From assembly GCA_934130355.1 (NCBI GenBank), contig CAKOXV010000001.1, forward strand, positions 23,524 to 87,523: a stretch of 64,000 nt of DNA. Direction: 5' to 3'. Of the stretch, positions 61,043 through 64,000 are shown in pieces. The DNA is from an uncultured Clostridia bacterium (GTDB lineage Bacteria > Bacillota > Clostridia > TANB77 > CAG-508). Under the pieces are notes generated by a model. It was given only the letters and a program-made list of their open reading frames with translations. It was not told the DNA's origin and did no database searches. A program made the position numbers and the translations under genes. Each line of letters starts with the position of its first letter. Position 1 is the first letter of the stretch.

Positions 61043-62110
61043 GTGGAAAAATCTTGCGTAGCAAACTTTTGTATTCAACTATCGGAGAATGCAAGCAAAA
61101 TTCCATTACCCAAAAGCAAATTAATTGCATTTATCCGTACTTTCAGAGACTTCTCTCGGAAGAGAGCTGTAGAAACTTTGTTTCGTCTTAAGTATGGAAC
61201 AAATGAAAGCAAAAAAGAAGCACTTGAGTGGTTCGAGTGCAAGCAACACAATTCTTTTGGAGAAGTTACTGAAAGCCAGTTTATCCAGATTTTGAACTTT
61301 TCTGAAGAGGAAATTTCATTATTACTGAATGAATTGTTCATTCAGTATGAAGCTAAAGACCCTGACTTTTTGAGCGTTAGCTCTATCAAAGGGCTTCCCT
61401 TCACTTCTTGCCAAGAAGAACTGAATGCTCTTCAAAGTAAGATGTCAGATTCTCCTTTGCTATTTTTCTTAGTTGCTAAGAAATGTGTTAAGGAGAGAAA
61501 AAATCCCTATGCCCCAAAGATTATTGTTCAGCTGTTATCAAACGATACAACTGCTAATATCCTTGGACTAGAAAGCTTGGGGTTTGGTTTCAACTACAGA
61601 ATTCTGTTAAAAGATTTCTCAAATGAAATTGGAACCCTGTTGCTGGTAATGTACCAGCAATATAGCAAAAATGTCAAGCTATTATCAAGAAAAGATGACT
61701 TTACATTGCCTCTTGTTACACTTCTAAATGAAATGCAAGAATCTGGTGATGACAGTACTACTACTGCAGTGAATGAAATTGAGTTCTTTAAAAAAGAGCT
61801 ACTCAAGTTCGTTAACATCACTACAGACTTTACCACAAGAAGTCCTAGCTTTTCTTTTTGTTCTGAATATCAAAGCAAGTTAGAGCAACTCGGAAAAAAG
61901 ACTATTTCTTTGCTCAATGCAAGAAATAATTACAAGAATGTCTTTGCGGAAGAAAAAGATGACGGCCTTCTTTGGAGGCTCGTCACAAGTGATGCTTCAC
62001 TCGGTAAAAAAATCTGCACTCTTGAACAAGAGTGCAACAATGCTCGTGCTGAATATGCACAAGCACTGCATGAATATCAAGACTTCATTGAGAAGCATGA
62101 TATTCGCTAA
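61043..62110 (+). CDS. Hypothetical protein (355 aa from GTG at 61043), orphan, G+C-richer than surroundings by eye
   Basis: GGAGG lies 9 nt before the GTG at 61043. The longer ATG-started ORF from 60965 would begin inside the promoter. I recognise no domain. Confidence 0.55.
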   Translation: MEKSCVANFCIQLSENASKIPLPKSKLIAFIRTFRDFSRKRAVETLFRLKYGTNESKKEALEWFECKQHNSFGEVTESQFIQILNFSEEEISLLLNELFIQYEAKDPDFLSVSSIKGLPFTSCQEELNALQSKMSDSPLLFFLVAKKCVKERKNPYAPKIIVQLLSNDTTANILGLESLGFGFNYRILLKDFSNEIGTLLLVMYQQYSKNVKLLSRKDDFTLPLVTLLNEMQESGDDSTTTAVNEIEFFKKELLKFVNITTDFTTRSPSFSFCSEYQSKLEQLGKKTISLLNARNNYKNVFAEEKDDGLLWRLVTSDASLGKKICTLEQECNNARAEYAQALHEYQDFIEKHDIR

Positions 62111-62122
62111 CCTCTAAAAAGA

Positions 62123-62149
62123 CACTGGACAACTGTCCAGTGCCTTTTA
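62123..62149 (+). terminator. Rho-independent terminator
   Basis: cactggac-aact-gtccagtg followed by ccttttat. Confidence 0.8.
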
Positions 62150-62152
62150 TAA

Positions 62153-62181
62153 TTGACATAATTTGTAATTTATGTTATAAT
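62153..62181 (+). promoter_or_regulatory. Second perfect sigma-A consensus promoter TTGACA-17 nt-TATAAT
   Basis: TTGACA at 62153-62158 and TATAAT at 62176-62181. Confidence 0.7.
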
Positions 62182-62215
62182 TATCATACATTATATTTTA
62201 TAGGAGGGTCTAATT

Positions 62216-63175
62216 ATGACAACTTCAATCAATGCAAACAACACTTCAACCTCTAGCATCCAATTTCGGAGCAAGTTCAAAAACTTAGTGACTGATGAAA
62301 ATCGTCAGATCATCACTTCTGTTTTTGAAGATTTCTGTCAGCTTGATCCAACAACAGATGAAGCTCGTGACATTTTGTGGGGATTAACATATAGTTATTC
62401 CTCAAGTTGTGCCATATTGAAACGATTTGGCTTAGACTGCAAAGAATGTAATGAATTTCTTGATGCAGAAAATATCTTGAAATTGAGAGATGAATTACGA
62501 CACCAGTATGAGAAAATTAATAATGGTTATCTACTATCTGATGTTCCTCAGGAATGTCTTTCAGAATTCAATGAATTTGCGAAAAAAGCAGACACCATTA
62601 CAGCCTCTGTAGTGTATGAACACTGCCTATATCATCTTTCACTAGATGATGTTGTACGTACTCTATTCCTTTTGAAGAGCGATATGGAAAATTATTACTT
62701 CGGAGGAATTAGAAATTTGGGATTTACTATCCAGGAAGCAGAATATCTAAAGTGTTTCAGTATTCTTATTTATAATCTCCTAAAAGTCATGTCTGATTAT
62801 ATGGAAAATAATAAGAATACCAAATGTGCACCAGAGCTCCCATTTACGTTTGAAATTCCAGCAACAGAAACAGTTCAGCCCGAACAACCTTCTGACGTCA
62901 AACTCGGATTCAAGGCTCTTAATTCTGAATCCATTTTGGAACAAAAAGAACTGTTCAATACTTTCATTCAAAGTAAAGACATGAACATTTTGCTTAAAAT
63001 CGGCAGTCTTGACTTTGATCTGAACAAGGTTCTTGCCAAAATAGATGCAATAAGCAAAGTCCTTTGTGCTGATGGAAAACGCGAAAGTGCAAATAAGCTT
63101 CTAAAAGAAGCTGAAGAACTTCAGGAAGCTTCTCGAATTGCTATGGCTGAAGCAGAAAAAGATCTAAGTACTTAA
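62216..63175 (+). CDS. Hypothetical protein, 319 aa, possible distant paralog of the preceding orphan
   Basis: AGGAGGG RBS is present. The block GGIRNLGFTIQEAEYLKCFSILIYNLLKVMSDYMENN aligns loosely with GLESLGFGFNYRILLKDFSNEIGTLLLVMYQQYSKN of the upstream protein. Confidence 0.55.
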   Translation: MTTSINANNTSTSSIQFRSKFKNLVTDENRQIITSVFEDFCQLDPTTDEARDILWGLTYSYSSSCAILKRFGLDCKECNEFLDAENILKLRDELRHQYEKINNGYLLSDVPQECLSEFNEFAKKADTITASVVYEHCLYHLSLDDVVRTLFLLKSDMENYYFGGIRNLGFTIQEAEYLKCFSILIYNLLKVMSDYMENNKNTKCAPELPFTFEIPATETVQPEQPSDVKLGFKALNSESILEQKELFNTFIQSKDMNILLKIGSLDFDLNKVLAKIDAISKVLCADGKRESANKLLKEAEELQEASRIAMAEAEKDLST

Positions 63176-63187
63176 ATGAGACCCAAA

Positions 63188-63227
63188 AAAAGTCGGTGGA
63201 TTAATTCCACCGACTTTCTTCTTTTTT
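63188..63227. terminator. Bidirectional terminator
   Basis: aaagtcggtgg-attaatt-ccaccgacttt flanked by an A-run and a T-run. Confidence 0.8.
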
Positions 63228-64000
63228 AATCAATTGCTTTTGTTTCAATTTTTTCTTTAATTTTACTTATAAAATCGTCAACTGTCATTTGTCCAATATC
63301 TCCCGCTTTTCTTGAACGAATTGCAACTAGATTTTCTTCTACTTCTTTTGCTCCTACAACTAACATATATGGTACTTTTTCAAGTTGTGCTTTTCTAATT
63401 TTATATCCAATTTTTTCACTAGAGTCATCTATTTGAGCTCTTATGCCTTTTTCTTTTAATTTAGCTTCAAGATTTTTTGCATATTCATTTTGAGCATCTG
63501 TTATAGGCAAAATTTTTGCTTGAACTGGTGATAACCAAATTGGGAATGCACCTTTTGTTTCTTCTATTAGGAATGAAATAAATCTATCAAATGTTCCAAG
63601 AATTGCTCTATGAATTACTACTGGTGTATGTTCTTTATTGTCTTCACCAATATAAGATAATTCAAATCTACGTGGTAATAAGAAGTCTAATTGACATGTT
63701 GAAATTGTTACATCATGTCCTAATGCAGTTTTTATTTGAACATCTAATTTAGGTCCATAGAATGCTGCTTCTCCTTCTGCTTCATAGAAATTCAAATTCA
63801 ATTCTTTTAAGATTTCTCTTAATTGTCCTTCTGCGCTTTCCCACATTTCATCATCATCAAAGTATTTTTTCTTATCTTGTGGATCTCTTAAAGATAATCT
63901 AAATGTATAATCTTTAAATCCAAAATCTTTATATACTGATAATATTAATTCAACTACTTTTCCTACTTCATCTTTTATTTGATCTGGACGTACAAAAAGG
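63226..64000 (-). CDS. thrS: Threonine--tRNA ligase, C-terminal part; the N-terminus lies beyond the right edge
   Basis: ...FYGPKLDVQIKTALGHDVTISTCQLDFLLPRRFEL...VVIHRAILGTFDRF... plus the anticodon-binding domain. The reading frame stays open upstream of the Met at 63846 as far as the window edge. Confidence 0.92.
   Translation of the reverse strand, partial: LFVRPDQIKDEVGKVVELILSVYKDFGFKDYTFRLSLRDPQDKKKYFDDDEMWESAEGQLREILKELNLNFYEAEGEAAFYGPKLDVQIKTALGHDVTISTCQLDFLLPRRFELSYIGEDNKEHTPVVIHRAILGTFDRFISFLIEETKGAFPIWLSPVQAKILPITDAQNEYAKNLEAKLKEKGIRAQIDDSSEKIGYKIRKAQLEKVPYMLVVGAKEVEENLVAIRSRKAGDIGQMTVDDFISKIKEKIETKAID

Noticed and set aside
60955-61191. 78-aa ORF and the ATG-started 381-aa version of the first orphan gene
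   Set aside because: Both would start inside or before the perfect -35/-10 promoter. The GTG at 61043 with a GGAGG RBS is the more coherent start.
59423-63225. A classical integrated island at the tmRNA gene
   Set aside because: No integrase was found and no direct repeat of the ssrA 3' end. A native-looking M14 peptidase gene sits in the middle. I kept only the weaker claim of compositionally odd orphan genes.

Overview
The window looks like a chromosomal segment of a very AT-rich, endospore-forming Firmicute, Clostridia-like. The spore-former call rests on spoIVB, spoVT, an alpha/beta-type SASP and an H-type SASP. Most genes are on the minus strand.

Housekeeping content: a P-type Ca2+-ATPase, obg, trpS, the hrcA-grpE-dnaK-dnaJ operon with CIRCE operators, nrdD, rpmB, rpsF-ssb-rpsR, tRNA-Glu, two tRNA-Gly, hpf, mutS2, tmRNA (ssrA) and a partial thrS. 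Accessory content: an 11.4 kb Wzx/Wzy-type surface-polysaccharide locus (glf, five glycosyltransferases, priming transferase, LCP ligase).

Observations worth a second look:
1. Three copies of a roughly 300-380 nt extended-hairpin element sit in intergenic DNA. They share a conserved asymmetric core and a conserved G-rich apical loop, show several compensatory substitutions, and each has its own perfectly self-complementary basal stem (GC-rich in two of the three). There is no associated transposase. I do not recognise this as a known family.
2. A divergent 11-gene Tad/Flp-like pilus locus has four pilin paralogs that begin directly with MEN(A/S)TKALLIAA. They have essentially no leader and no Gly at the processing site. 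No prepilin peptidase gene is present in the locus or elsewhere in the window, and the CpaF-like ATPase is membrane-anchored.
3. A flotillin gene that looks G+C-richer by eye is bracketed by perfect 17-bp inverted repeats, which share a core with a 13-bp inverted repeat in its leader.
4. A dispersed short motif, AATTTGGGGAC(G/A)GTCC, occurs six times at three intergenic loci.
5. Next to ssrA there are G+C-richer orphan genes, two of which each have a perfect TTGACA-17-TATAAT promoter and their own terminator.
6. A solitary VirD4/TraG-like coupling-protein gene has no other conjugation genes nearby.

All calls come from reading the sequence and the ORF translations. No database search or numeric composition calculation was possible.
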